DNA of 64,000 nucleotides from Setoptus koraiensis (Eukaryota; Animalia; Arthropoda): NCBI GenBank assembly GCA_048013815.1, contig CM106585.1, positions 3,844,001 to 3,908,000 of the forward strand, read 5' to 3'. Shown piece by piece: positions 50,001 to 64,000 of this stretch (position 1 is its first letter; each line of letters starts with the position of its first letter). The notes under the pieces were generated by a model. It saw only the letters and a program-made list of their open reading frames with translations, ran no database searches and was not told where the DNA came from. The position numbers and the translations under genes were made by a program.

Positions 50001-53000
50001 CTCGGCGTTGTTCGCTAATGGTTTCCAGAACTCGCAACGAGAGAATTTGTTCTTGTGGCTGTTGTGCGCCGGGCCGCACACTTACGCGGCCCGCTTACGT
50101 CGCCCTGGCCGCTCGACTGTGCCGAGTAACGTTTTAAAGTCTGTTTTGAATTCTCTCTGGCGCGCTCAGTTCGGCCCCCTCTCAGTGGCCCGCTTTTTTG
50201 CTGCTTTCACAGTTGGATCCCATTAGCGGTGCGCTAATGCAAATTATTATTGATGTGCCCCGATGTGTCTGTTTGGGCCCAAATGTTGGGCGAAATGCGC
50301 GAGCCGCCGCCGCTGCCAAGCACGCCTCCGGATGCGGTCGGCCCAATGTCCATTACGGGCCAATCCATTGTGCGCGGGCCAATTGTCTTGGCGCGCACAA
50401 CGGGCCGGCCTGGCGGTGGCCGCGTTCGCAATCTCTCAAATATTGCCAAATATTTGAGAGATTGTCGCCATCCTCCTCTTGGCATTGCCAGTGCAAATTG
50501 TCCGATATCGGCTGATATTTTGCTGGCAGTGTAACGAGGGGCGCCAAAGACGTTGGCCACCACCGTTGCATTGTGTTGTTATGTTGTGTCGACTGACTAA
50601 TCGCTCGTGTCCGAAAGTGGCCACCTCAGGCGCGCCATAAACAGTGGCAGTTACAACAAAAAAAGTCACTTTACTCACTGGTAAGTTGTTATTACGTAAC
50701 AGCCTAGTGTGTAGCATGTTAATATTGGGTAATAATAGGCGCACGATGATAATATTACGTAATGGCGACGTACAGCGCTACACTGTTTAGCACAGCGACA
50801 CTGTTTAGCGACTGTGTGCGACATGCGATGATCGATAAACAATGAACAAAGACGGATAGCTGGCTGGCTGGCCGGCCGTCGATTATAAATGACCGGCCGA
50901 CGGTGCATTTGCATAACGCACATTAATGGCCGGCCGCATCCGCTGGCCGGCTGTGCTGCTCAGTGAACCCGATCTAATCGAAACAGGCCTACGGCGACAC
51001 CGACAACAGCGACAACAACGGCGACAACGACAGCGCCGAGCGCCAAATCCAGTTCATCGGCGGGGGCCGCAATCACCCGAGGATAGATTCGGCCGATCCG
51101 TCAGCCGATGCATGTCGTCGTCGCTGCTGCAGTGGTGGCCGTTGGTCAGCGATTGGCAAGCGATCGGCCAGCGAGCGGCCGGCGACAGCAAGCCGATGGA
51201 AAAAGAAAAAGTTGTTGTCGCGTTACGTGAGAATTCACTGTGGCATTGTTTTGTTTTTTGCGCCACTTTTGCCATTTGGCATTTGGCCCGTTGGCCCGTT
51301 GGCCCGTTGGCCCGTTGCGTTGGGCCACTGGATGCCCACTGAGAGCCGGCCGTCGCCATGGAGACGGCACAACGTTGCGTAACGTTGCGTTGCGCCGATA
51401 TTTGATTATTGCCCAACTGCCAATATTGACAGTCTGTGCAATATCGGCGAGTTTGCAATGTTGGCGAGTTTGCAGTGTTGGCCAGGCTGCTATGGGCAAT
51501 GTTTGTGCAGCGTCGCAAATGACAACAAATGACAATGGACGGACAGTGAGAGTTAAAGTTCAACAACAACAATGTTCAACAGCGACGCACCTAATGTTAC
51601 CTAACCAACGGCTAATGTGAGCGGGCGCGATGATGCGCGCAATCGAGTTCAATTATTGGCTAACTAGAGCAACGTCCACAGCTATTATGTAACTTATGCC
51701 GCTGGTTGCTTTATTGTCGACTGCATACTTTGGTACAGTTGACAGTTTACAGTGAACAGACTGTGTAGTACAGACTCCGTGATAGCACAGGTGAGTCGGT
51801 CGCCAGCGTCAACTATCGATGGCGGCCGGTCGAGCATCCATGTCAGCGTCGGCAATGGTCAGCGGCTTGTTTGTTGACAATGCCCACAAACAAGGGCAAG
51901 CACAAAGGTTACGCAACTCTGTCGCTGGACTGCAGCAGCGAGTCACCTGTCGAGCAGAGTATTTTATACTAAAGAGAGAGAGAGTTGTGATTGATCTGAT
52001 TGATTCGAGCGGCTAACAAGCGAGAGTAACAACGAACACTCAGCTGTTTTTGTGCCCTGTCCACCATCATCGGCTACTCGTCGGCCACCACAAATCGCTG
52101 CTGCTGCTGTCAACTGTCACACGCCAACAGCTGACATTGCGCATTATGTGACATTAGCCGGTTGCTGCTGTCATGAGTATCGGCAGATACTCATGACAAC
52201 TCATGATAGATGACTGATGATAGATGACACTAGACACTAACTGTGACTCGATGCAACTTGTAGCACAAATTGAAAGTTTCTCTCTGTGACACACACAGTG
52301 TGTGTGTGTCGCCAGAACCAGCGAGCGCCTTGCCAACTATGTGGCCTCGATGCGCGGATAGGCCGCTCAATCGATTGTTGTTGTCGGCTGTTGAACACGA
52401 ATCGATTGGGCTGAACCAATTGGCAATCGACGTCAGTCGGTGTGTCGTTGTGTCGCTCTGTCGCGCTGTCAGTCGCGCTTTGTGTAACGGTATCGCCGGG
52501 CAAAAGTCAGCGAGCCGTCAAGTGGACAGTTGTCGCCCGCCAGCTACACCAACAGCCACAACAGCAGCTACAACAACGGCAACAGCAGCTACAACAACAG
52601 CAACAGCAGCGACAACAAGTGGCCGGTTCGAGCCGCGACAACAGCATGCGACACCGGCCAGCTGACCGGCTGGCGCTGCTGTCGCCGTTGCTGTTGCTGT
52701 TGTTGTTGTTGTTGTCGTGTCTGTTGTTGTATCTGTTGTGGCTGCGGCCGAATGCGATCGATTATGCAACCGCGGTCGCCCACATGATGCCGTTGCATAA
52801 CATCATGTTGCAACATGAGGGCACCGATACAGATACATGAGTGGCCGTGAGGCAGACTCATGTATCTGCTGACAGCCAGCGAGTCAGCGAGCGGGACAGA
52901 GAGAGAGAGAGAGAGCGACAGAGGGAGCATCCTCATCTAATAATAGTCCACTAATTTGGCTCCTGTTCAAATCGCCTGCTGGCCAACAGCGGCAACAATC

Positions 53001-53773
53001 GAGCGACGCAACAACTTTTGCGCTGCTCACATACAGCAACAACAACAACAACATTATATGCAACAGCGACAACAGCGACAACGGCGACAACAATGCGTAA
53101 CACAAGCCCGCAAACGCACCAACAAACAGCCAGCCAGTGAGACAACCAAATAGACATAATAGAGTAATAATAATAATAATAAGCATGTGCAATTAATAAC
53201 TAGTGCGCCGCACACCATACGCCACCATACGCCAGCATTGCCAGCCACCGTGTGCAGCGGTTATCAGTCGTAGTTGTCAGTGCGCTGTTATGTAATGTGT
53301 GCTGTTGTTGCTGCTGTTGCTGTTGTGAAACAACAGCAACAGCAGCAACAACAAGGCAAACATTACATAATGATAATAGTGACTGTGCACGGTCGGTCAG
53401 CTGGCGGCCACCCTCATAGCTGACGGAATGAGCGAGTATGGAGGCAACTTGTGGATAGTACATGTTGCATAACACAATTGTATAATTGTGAGCGAGTGCG
53501 AATATTGATTCAATTGAGTCAACAGTCGCTGGCCTAATTAGCACATCGTAGCAAGTCCAATAGGCCCAATAGGTCCGATGGGTCCGATAGGTGTGCTGGC
53601 CGGCATGGCAAGATGCGCACAGCTGCTGCTCTAATTAAATGATGAACTGAAAACGCTCGGGGCCCACGCTCCACTACACCCGACACCTGCCCTTGCGCGC
53701 GCATGTGGCCACGGCCAGCCGACAAACCGCGGCCAGCCGACAAACCATGGCCGGGCTCGGGCCGGACGGGCCA

Positions 53774-53848
53774 CAATCGGGCTACAATCGGGCTACAATC
53801 GGGCTACAGTCGGGCTACAGTCGGGCATAGTCGGGCATAGTCGGGCAT
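53774..53848. repeat. 11-bp then 10-bp tandem repeats
   Basis: (caatcgggcta)n grading into (agtcgggcat)n. Confidence 0.85.
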
Positions 53849-54246
53849 AATGGGACACAATCGGGCACAGAGCAACGTATCCGCGATGTGCGGGTTGCGC
53901 GCGCGCTGCGGGGGCGTTGCGTCGGGCCGCGCGGCTAGCCAGACTGTGCATGGATGTGGCCGGCGTTGGCCAACGCTGGTCGCTATCCATTGTTTGCCGG
54001 CCAGCTCACCTGTTACGTATGTGTGTGTGCGTGTGTCACGAGAGGTGACGTATGTCGTCTCACGTTTGCAAACACAGCGACAGTTTCTATTATTATTTTC
54101 GTTTTATTTCCATCATTTCCATTATTTTTGTTATGGCTAGACCAATTCGTTTAGATGCACACGGCGGCGCGACAGCAGCGCTTGTTTGTGCCAATGTGTA
54201 CCATCGCACAGCGACAATGATCGGGTCCGAACAACGCCGGCCCGAC

Positions 54247-54331
54247 AGCCAGTCGGATGGCTCGACAGTCGGATAGCTCGACAGTCGGATGGCTCGACAG
54301 TCGGATAGCTCGACAGTCGGATGGCTCGACA
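54247..54331. repeat. 16-bp tandem repeat x5 with strict A/B alternation
   Basis: cagtcggatGgctcga and cagtcggatAgctcga alternate ABABA. Confidence 0.9.
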
Positions 54332-57300
54332 GAGACAGGGTTTATTTGCACATCATCGGGTCTCTGCTATCCTTGTCGTATCCATAATAACACACATGCG
54401 TATAAAAATATACGTATAATCCGATGGTTAGCCAGCCAGCTCTGTCGGCTGGCTGGCTGGCATTTGAGCCGGCAAATGGTCGGGCAAGCGGCGGCAACCT
54501 TGGCAATATCATTGTGTTTGTGCCAGCAGCAACGAGCCTTTCGCTCCAACTGGCTGGCTGCGACTCGCCGGCTGCGACTCGCTGGCTGTGACTTAAACTT
54601 TCAACTTGCACTTTCACTTTCCCATTTAATCGCTCGCTCGCTCGCTGGCAAGCTAGCCAGCCAGCCCGACAGCCAGCCAGCCCGACAGCCAGCCAGCCGC
54701 CAGCCAGCCAGTTGCTTGATAGCTTGACACAGTAGTTTTGGCTAAATATTGCTGGCTGTAGTGGCGGCGAGCAACAGGTGAGTTTCATTGACCAAATGCT
54801 CACTGGCACTCGCTCTGCTGGATTCAATTTGCAATCAGTCGGCCGTTCGCGAGCGAAGCCAAATTAATAGCGGCACGCTCGGCCCTGCTCGGCTTGCTAT
54901 CCGACGACCACTGATCTATTTTGGACCCTCTCTAATGGTATCACTTTTAGCTTAGTCAGCGAGCCGAGCATGAACGCAGCGCAATACTGCTCTCGTCTGG
55001 CATTGAAATTTGCAGCTCGCATTTATCCTTCTATTTGAACTTACACATTTGAACAGCGCACACACAATTTCGCCAATCATTTCGACTCGCTCGCCGGCCC
55101 TTTCAGCGCGCACATCGGAGCGCGTATCAAACCGCCAATCGGACTGCCTGTCGGACTACGAATCGGACTACGAATCGGACTGGATATCAAAGCGAATATC
55201 TGCCAATGTAGCCAGATATCAGCCAGTCGGCCGGCCGGTTGTCGTGAATGCCAGGCAGTTGTCTTGTATGGTCACTCAATTCAAGGTCACACTAACGGTG
55301 GGCAGATGGTACAGTTACGCACCAACTCAACCACCCAACTCTCGGCTTGGTCACTCGCTAATGACTCCTAGTGAAAAGGGCGCCTCACTGGCCTACTAAC
55401 TGTGTTAGCCAACATTTTGCTCTCTTGGCCAACAACCAATCAATCCGCAATACGCAACCCGCCAGTGTGGCGCACTAATAATGCAAACGCGCCCGTTAGA
55501 AAATTGTGCAAATTGTGCAAATTGTGCAATTGTGCAAATTGCTGATTGCTGATTGCGCTAATTAATGCGCTCATTGCACGCAAATAAAACGCGCGCAAAC
55601 GCTCACTAATATACTAACTGTACACATGTACAGTATGTGCGAGCCAGCAGCGGCGCACTGTGCCGACAATGGACGCCGGCGGCACACTTAGGCCGCACAG
55701 TGCCATGATACAAATGTATAAAAATGTGTTTTATCCAAATAAGTAGTAATAACGAGTGGTAACTTATCACTGATAAATGTGTCCGAATGCATGCTAGCCG
55801 TTGGCCAATGGCGCCCATTGCCGTCTGTGCCGGCCGTTGCGCGCACAGTCGCACAGATGTGCCTAGAAGGAAAGTAGTTTGGTTGTGCTCGTGCCGATTG
55901 TTGTTGTTTGTCTTTCGACAGCAACAACGACAGCGGCAACAACAACAACAGCGGCAGCAGTTGAAACAGCAACAAAAGTCGACAATGACGACAACAACAA
56001 GTGAGCAGGCGGGACAGGTGAGCCCAACAATGACTGTGGCAGTGGCAGTGGCTCGTCTTGACCAAGCGCGCCAACTGACGGCGAGTTGCTGCAAGCAAAG
56101 GCGACTCGCTGCGCCGGCTATAACTTGCCAAATAAAGAATTTCGCTGGCAACAAGGTAGACGACGCCTTCGCTTCCAAATATACACTGACAGTCGTCGGT
56201 TGTTGATGAACGGCAACAACTGCGCAATAAAGTTGCAACGAGTTGTTGTCGGTTGTTGTTGTCGTTGCCGCTGTCGGTTGTTGTTGTTGCTGTTGTCGGT
56301 TGTGTGCGTGTGTGTGTGTGTGTGTGTGCCGTTGCCAGCTAATTGTGGGCACACGGTAACGAGTAGCAGCAGTTGAGCAAAACAAGTTTTATTTATCAGC
56401 AGCGCTGGCAACAAGCTTGCCAATGGCGTGAAACAGAGAATATTTCGCTTTTCACTCTCGCTTGTGGCGCCGCCACTCTCACTTGCCAGCCAGCCAACCC
56501 GTGAGCCAGTGAGCCACAGCAACAACAGCGCCAACAACGCCAACAACAGCACCACTAACAACAGCAACGACAACAACGACGACAACAACAACAACAATAA
56601 CAACAAGCCACTTGGCACGTTCTCTAACTCTTCTCTGGCCCGACTAGTTTCGTCTTGTTGTTCAACTGTTATAACGCTGTGTGTGCATTGGATATGTGCA
56701 TTGGATGGATATATCCAGCAAATACGGCGAATTAGAATAGTTGCCGCTCGTTCGCTGGCTCGTTCGCCTGCTTGCCGGCACCGTCGGCTTCGCTGGCTAC
56801 GTTGGCGCAGGCGCACAAGAGCGCGCTCAGGTGAAGGTCAGGCAGCGCGCTCTCTCTCTCTCTCTGGCCGGACAGACACTGTGTTGGCGCGCAGACAGGT
56901 GGACAACTTAGAATAGCTTGCTGCTAGTTAGTCAACCTGTTGATGTTGTTGCTGTTGCGCTGGTTGTTGCGCTGCACTTGTTCGGTTTGTTAGTTGGCCA
57001 TTGTTTGTGTGTCGTGTTGTTTGCTGTCTGCCCAACAACGACAACAGCAACGACAACAGCAACAGCAACAACGACAACAACACACGACAGCCGAATGGCC
57101 AGCGAGGCGCCATCTGCACTTGACTGGCGGAGAGTGGCTGGCCAAGTGCTATTAGTCTATTATTAGTCGTGGTCGCATTGCTCGGCGTATCGGCATCGAG
57201 AGTGCTGCTTTTCGGTCGGGTTTGCAAGTGGCAATGTCAGCACTCGAGCGCCCGTCTCGTCTGGCCAACTGTCGTGAGCATGAGGAACGGATAAAAGGCG

Positions 57301-58883
57301 CTACGAGGGGAGCCCGCAAGACGGCGCACACGGGCCAGAGAAGGGGGCGCTCACAGGTTGCAAACTGTGCATTTGTGTCCGCTCTTCCCTGTTGCAACGG
57401 CTCACAGCGGCTCACAACGGCTTACGACGGCGACATGTCGAGCTAGCCAACTGGCCAAATAACCGGATAATATCATTGCTGAATGAATGGTTTGACAGGA
57501 CGACGACATACGGCCAGCGGAGGATGTGACCAGAGCGCTGGTGGACAACTTTGCGCTCCAAAGTTGTCGTGTTTTGTCTCTATTGGCGCTAATCCTTTGC
57601 TGCTCGCTGATCCGCGGTGAATATCCGCGCCAGTGTGATGTCGCGAATGTGATGTTGCGAGTGTGGATATTGCGAGAGTGGATACCGAGAGAGTGGATGT
57701 TTGAGATATTGGCAAGGCGCGACACCGAGAAGAGGATGCTCGTTTGGCTCGGCTGGCTGGGTCGGCCGCGGGTGGCGACTTTTCCTTGTAGCCACTGCAA
57801 ACAACAAGCAGACAAGCGACAGCCAACAGCAAGCGACAACCAACAACAACAGCAAACAACAACTGCAAACAACTGCAAAGTTGGTGGCACAGTTTGCACT
57901 GGCGCTTGCCAGTGTGGCTCGCAACTTGTTAGCGTAGACGAATGGGCGACAGTGAAATGATTATCATCTTTCGCTCGCGCTTCTCGCTGTCAGTTTCGCC
58001 TATTATGCATAGACGTTCGTCAGACGGCAACAGCAACAACAGCGACAACAACAGCAACAACAGCGACAACAGCAACAGCAGCAACAACAACAACACAACA
58101 ACGACAACGGCGACTGGCATTGAGCTGGCAGCCATTAGCGGCCGGCTCAATGTCAACCACAGCGACAGCCATTGTTTGTCAGCTCGCCTGCCAAATAGAA
58201 GCCTCCAATTTGGAATTGAGCGACTGTCTGGCCAGCGCCAGAGCGACCATTGGCGGCGATTGGCCAATGCGACGGCTCGACACGACCGATTGATTAATGG
58301 CGTGCACGATGCTAATCAACGCGAGGCCGGCTGACAGGCGCGATGATCGCGCGATTTGCGACTCTCAAACCATCGGCTCGCATGGATTTATTTATAAATA
58401 GAACGAGCTCGCCGATTTGCATAATGCGCGACGCGTCGCTTAGCGTGGCGCCGTCTGGCGAGGCTGGCGCACGAGCAGCCAGTGTGTCCACTTGTTGCGC
58501 TCGGTGCACTTGTTGTCGTGTCGTAAATGTTGTAGCGCTCGCCCGACAGGCGCAACTTGCAAATTGCCATTCGCAATTATTCACAATATGCGCTGACGGC
58601 GCCACTTGCACCGACGCCGGCACCGACGCCGGCGCTGACGCTCGCACTGACGCTGGCACGGGATTGCCGAGCTCACCAATGACGAGCTCACCAGCGACGA
58701 GCTTGCCAGCGACGAGCTTGCCAGCGACGGCGAGTGAGTCAGCGCGATAGCCGGAATAGGCGCGTTGGTTAGCGGCTCAAGGTTAGCGGTTTGACGGGCG
58801 CCGATTCGGGTGGCGCCACCTGACGCGCACAACAAGCAAGCGTTGTGGTACTCTACTCAAACAGGTTGTTCGAGCTGCCGAGC

Positions 58884-58925
58884 GTGAATATTAGTGGCGA
58901 GTGAATACTCGCCACCAGTATTCAC
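58884..58925. other. 42-nt hairpin (19-bp stem, GAAT loop) within a GTGAATA cluster
   Basis: GTGAATATTAGTGGCGAGT-GAAT-ACTCGCCACCAGTATTCAC, with one G-T pair and one mismatch. Confidence 0.7.
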
Positions 58926-60028
58926 CACCGGCTCCAATATTCACCACCGACACCGATGGTACAGCGTGCGGCGCGTGAATAGCCGTGTCGGCGAATGCTT
59001 GTGGCTGACGAATACTCGCGGCTGGTGAATACTCGCGGCGGGTGAATACTTGCGGCGAATGGTCGTCAGTGTTGTTGTTGATGGCATCACCTGTGATGCT
59101 GCACACACACTGGGATGTTACCACTTTTACCTTGCGTTTGGCTGACTGGCTGGCTTGCCAGTGGGAAAGAAGTGTTAGAATAAACAGACGTTGCGATTAT
59201 AACGAAAAGAGTAACGACGCCAGCAACAGCGGCAACAGCAACAACAGCGTCAGCAACAACAACAACAACAACAACAAGACTAGAAATGTCATGGCCACAG
59301 CGAGCCAGACAACAACAACAACAACAACAACGACGACTCCCACTCGCTCGCTTGCTCATCAATCGTTTGGCTTGGCAGTCGGTGTGGCAGTCACAGTTTT
59401 CACTCTCGCTAATCGCATGCATCGTGATCGCCTCTGCTCGCGCTCACCTGTCGCAGCCAACAACTAACACTGCATGTTGTGGTCCGCCATTGGTGCCATT
59501 AGTGCCATTAATGCCAGCGGTGCCAGCGATGCCAGCCGAGCCAATGGTGCCATGGGCGCCACACTAACAAGCTAACAAAGCTTGTAAGCTAGCCACACAC
59601 TGCTGGAATACGACACTCACCTGTGCGCGAACAGAGCCACTTGTTAGCTGCTTACTGTCGGCGCTTGGTACAGTTATCGGCTAAGCTAGCCCATGAGCGC
59701 CACTGCTAAGCTTGTTGTTTACGCGGTGCGCGCGATCATTGCGATAATGGCTATGACGCGCACCCACTAGCCGGCATTAATTGCGTCGCCTCGGCCGCCC
59801 TTTCCGCCTTTTCCGTCCACACCATCGACAGGCGCCAACATCGACAAGCGGCCACATCGACCGGCCCGGCCAAATGGCGAGCCCGTCGCACTGGGCGAGC
59901 GCTCGCCATTTGGCGTGCGCTCGCAACAAACGGCAAATCAGTAGCTCGTTGAGCGGCTCGCTGGGCGCCACTGAAACTCAGCGACTGAATCAATAGTCGC
60001 GTCGGTGTGCGTGTGCGTGTAACACACA

Positions 60029-60068
<40 letters not shown>

Positions 60069-63000
60069 GAGAGAGCGAGCTCGGCGAGAAATTGGCAGCC
60101 GGCAACGGCGCTGAACAGGCAGGCAATTAGTCAGCTGGAGTCAGTTAGTCGGTTAGCTAGTGGGAATCATAATCAACATCATCATCATCATCATCAGATA
60201 TTTATGGCTCACAACAGCGGCTGCCATTAGTTGCCATTGATGATTTAAATTTACAAGTGAATTTGCTCAGCGATATCAGCCTAGCGAGTGCGGCCATAAA
60301 ATGAATCAATGGATTACTACTCTTTTTTCGCTACTTTTCTAGTGTTTGCAGTCGCCGAGCCGAGCGCACAAACAGTCCGGCCCTAACTGACATTCAAGGG
60401 CAAGCTCGCAAACAAATTTATTTGCAAGCTAGCGCAGAACGACAAGCGAGCTTGAGCGATACGACACCGTACGAGCAAACGCAAAAACATTCACGGCGGC
60501 GACGCCGTGTATCGCCGGCTCAATGTCGCCGCCAATGACTCATCCCGACTGTGTCGCTTCCTCATCGCGCGTGCCCGTCCTGTTGCGCCACCAAGCGGAA
60601 GTGCGCCCGCACTATGTGGCTCGGCGAGGTTGGCTCGTCGGTGTTGGCTCGGCAAGGCTCGGCAAGGCTCGGCAAGGCTGGCTCGGCGAGGCTGGCTTGG
60701 CAAGGCTGTGCCCGCTGTGCGCCGAGCGCTAGCTTGCGCCGTTGCTGTTGTTTTTGTTGTTGCCGTTGTTGTTGTTGTCGTTGTTGTTGTTGTTGCTGTC
60801 GTTGTTGCCGTTGTTGTTGTTGTTGCCGTTGTTGCAGTCATGTGATACGAGAGAGGTGCTGCGCCCTATATATGATACACTACTGTCATGACCACTCTCA
60901 ACTGGAGGTGCCATCGCCATTATAGGACACACACACAAACAAACAACAACCATTTTGGACACACACACACCACACGATGTAGCAGTACATGCGACGCAGT
61001 GTCTAGCTAGATTATTGTCGATGTCTAGCTAACTAACTAGCTCGACGAGTGCGGCTAGATGAGATCATCATATGTTAGACGGTGGTGGCCATGATGAGAA
61101 GCCAGCCAGCCAGTGAATAGCGCGCATGGGGGGACACAAACAACGGCTCTGCACGCTTGTGCCGCCACTGGCACATCAAACAGCCGCAAGGGCCTCAGAA
61201 AGGCCGACTTTGTATACAACTCGGATATTTATATGTACAACTCGGATATATTTATATATATATATATATATATCCGAGTAAGTGTGTCACAAATGCGCGC
61301 CATCCATTGCGCACAAAACGGCGGCTAGCCAGCCATCGAGCCGGCAATGGATTGCAGGCCGTCAGCTGATCCGGCGCCATTATCTAGCTTGCCGGGCTAG
61401 TCGGGCTAGTTAGCGAGTTAGCGAGTCAGCGAGTGAGTAGTTTGAGAGCGCAACAGTCAACTCCGGCAACAACAACAATTAGATACTAGTCGAGATAAAT
61501 GATTATACATTGCCATACATATTGTACACACGCGCGTATATTGTGCAGCCAGTGCCAGGGATTATATAATATTCAATATATAACATTTAACGTATTACAA
61601 ACGTATATATAAAGTGATAATGTCCAATCAGCGCTAACATCGCTGCTATCAGCTGTCTACATGTTGTCAGTATGCAACACTGGCTGGCACCATAAACACT
61701 GGCTGGCTATCACAATCTGATCTGATCAGATCTGATCAGATGCTCTAGAAAGTGATCCCATTAGAATGTGTGTGTGTGTGTGTGTGTCTCAATTATTGAC
61801 GATATAAAGCCAATCTCATGAGACACCAATTGCCCAAATGGACACTGGCCACGTTTCATGTCGTGCTATTCACGCGTGAATAGTGATGCGATTGTTAATT
61901 TGATCGCCGTTTGGCCAACTGTCGTCTACCGATTTGCTGGCTATGCTGTGATGGTCACACGGATGAGCCAAATGTGACGAATGTATGAGCTAAATGAGAC
62001 GTTGCAACGGCCAAAAGTGTTCAAAAAGCGTTCAGAAAGCGTTCAAAAGTGATGATTATTTTGAATCTCGCGTCATGTCCATTTCGGCGGCTCACTGGCC
62101 GAGTTGACTAACGTCGACACTGTTGCTCTTTGGCCCTCATTTGGGCTGCCGTGGCATGCCGGCACAATCTATATGGGCACCATGGCGACGCCAAAACCGT
62201 TAGTTGGCAAGCTCAATAAATGGCCAAATAAAAATATTGAGCTTGCCAAGTGAGGGCGAGTAACGGCCAAGCAGCGGCTGTAAGTGTGTATTGGGCGTAA
62301 GTGTGTAGTGGCGTTAAAACAAGCGAGCCCCTAGTCAAACACACACAGACACACAAGTGAAAGTGAACTAAAACTAATTCAACAACTATTATTATCTCCA
62401 GTTGCCGTTATTGCTTTATATGTGTAATAATATAAAGCAAAATAAAGTGTGTGCGTTATGGCACTGGAACTGGGTCACTCTGTTTGCTGGTAAAACATGC
62501 CAAAACGTATGTTAGCACAGTGCAAATGTGCTTATCATCATAACATGTACACACCAACGCCAGTGGTAGCCTAATTTGCCGAGCTCGCAACGCCGAGTCG
62601 GCGCAACAGCGAGCGCCATTGCTGCTGGTCTCAATTGAAACGTCGCCGTAATGCAACACTGATAATTGACAATAGACAACTCGTTGTTAGTGCTGCTCGC
62701 TAGTCGCTAGTCTCAGCTGTGACGCGAGCCGCCGTTATCGTGGCGCCAGCTATTGGGGCCACCAATCTAGCGATCGAATCTAGCGATGGGCCCGGCGAAA
62801 GTGCCTGTTGTGGCGGGCGAAAGCGCGGTGCGCGCCGCACCGCGCCGCATCCCGTTCGCGCTCGCCCGCCACAACAGTTAGCCGACGTTGGCCATATCAT
62901 ATGAGTCACTGTTGCACTGGGCATGCTGGCTGGATGCTGGCTGGATGCGTTTGCATGTCGGCTGCCAGCCAGGACCGTTACGTCACATTTGCTGAGCGAC

Positions 63001-63509
63001 TCGCCGAGCGACTGGCCCGCCATTTCATGCTTGACACCCGCGCCCCTCGCTAGCGCGTCTATCCGGCATCGGGCGCCGCTATGCGCCGTGTGCCGCGCTG
63101 GCCGGCCGACCGCCGAAACACCGAAACAGCTAGACCGATAGAGCTAGACCGATGGAGCCAACTGGCACAAGTGAAGCCTGACAGATTGTGTGCACAGTGT
63201 GTAGACAGCCAGACGGGCATATATGCCGACAGTGTATGGGATGTCTATGGGAGCCTTGATGGCCGTAATCAGCCAGCAACAGTTGAGTTGCACACAATTA
63301 AATGAGCGGCAACGGCAGCGCTCATTTACTGTGAGCTCTTTTACTGTGAGCTAAATTATAACGCCGCCCGTTGTACAGTTAACCCTGTTGCGTTGCCTCG
63401 TTCAATTGTGTTCTAATTGTGTACGGATAATCCAGCGAGTGAGGAATTCGCGAGGAGGAAGTGGAGCCTCGCCTGCGTTTGTGCTCGCATGCGTTTGCGC
63501 TCGCTTACG

Positions 63510-63890
63510 TTTGTGCGCGGATATTCCGCGAGACGAGTGTGTGTGTGCGGATATTTCGAGGGATGAGTGTGTGCGGATATTCCGAGGGATGAGTGTGTGT
63601 GTGTGCGGATATGTAGAGGATGCGTAGAGGGATGCCGAGGGGATGCGGTGGGCGATGTGCGTTAAAGGCGAGAGATGCGGCGAGGGGCCCGAGAAGACGA
63701 CTAAGCGAGACGCGAGTGCCAAGCGCCCGTCTTGTCCGTCCGCCGTGGCGTCCGTGCGCGCGTTTGTTCGCCGTCTCGCCGTCGCATAATGCGCCGTTCA
63801 GCCACATATCCACGCATCCACATAGCCATATATCCACGCATCCACATAGCCATATACCCATACATCCACAGAGCCGTTTATCCGCAGAGC
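63510..63890. repeat. Two degenerate tandem arrays
   Basis: gcggatatt(c/t)cga..gatgagtgtgt units at 63510-63615 and catatccacgcatccacatagc units at 63805-63890. Confidence 0.8.
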
Positions 63891-64000
63891 GAGGGCCGCA
63901 GAGCGAGAGGGCCAGAGCAACGGAGAGCCATACAGCACCAAAACATAGAGCCTCAGATAGACACAATGCGCAACACAACACGTCGAGTGCCGAGTGAAGT

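Overview
Eukaryotic (animal) genomic DNA. It is probably a chelicerate such as an acariform mite; this is inferred from a group I-type mGluR (a class absent from Drosophila) and from N/T/Q homopolymer-rich proteins. No rRNA, tRNA or CRISPR array was recognised. The window has three zones. (1) About 1-18.5 kb: GC-rich, microsatellite-laden DNA holding the first two coding exons of a group I metabotropic glutamate receptor (minus strand), plus transposon fossils. (2) About 18.6-33.6 kb: an AT-rich, microsatellite-poor, gene-dense island. It encodes a GH18 chitinase, a triplicated family of intronless secreted orphan proteins (~250 aa) with mosaic gene-conversion-like patterns, two further secreted orphans (182 aa and ~479 aa), small orphan ORFs, decayed gene fragments, a mariner fragment and a hairpin MITE. 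(3) About 33.8-64 kb: the putative first coding exon of a ZEB/zfh1-like factor (NuRD-type KRCKRKQANPKR motif), followed by about 29 kb with no recognisable coding exon and a dense cluster of CAGGTA/CACCTG sites. The best candidate for an undescribed system is the secretome island, a possible effector cluster, bracketed by an inverted pair of CTCF-like motifs between two divergently oriented neural/developmental genes. Most ORFs in the supplied track outside the island are spurious products of simple repeats. All counts and identities were made by eye; no database searches were run.
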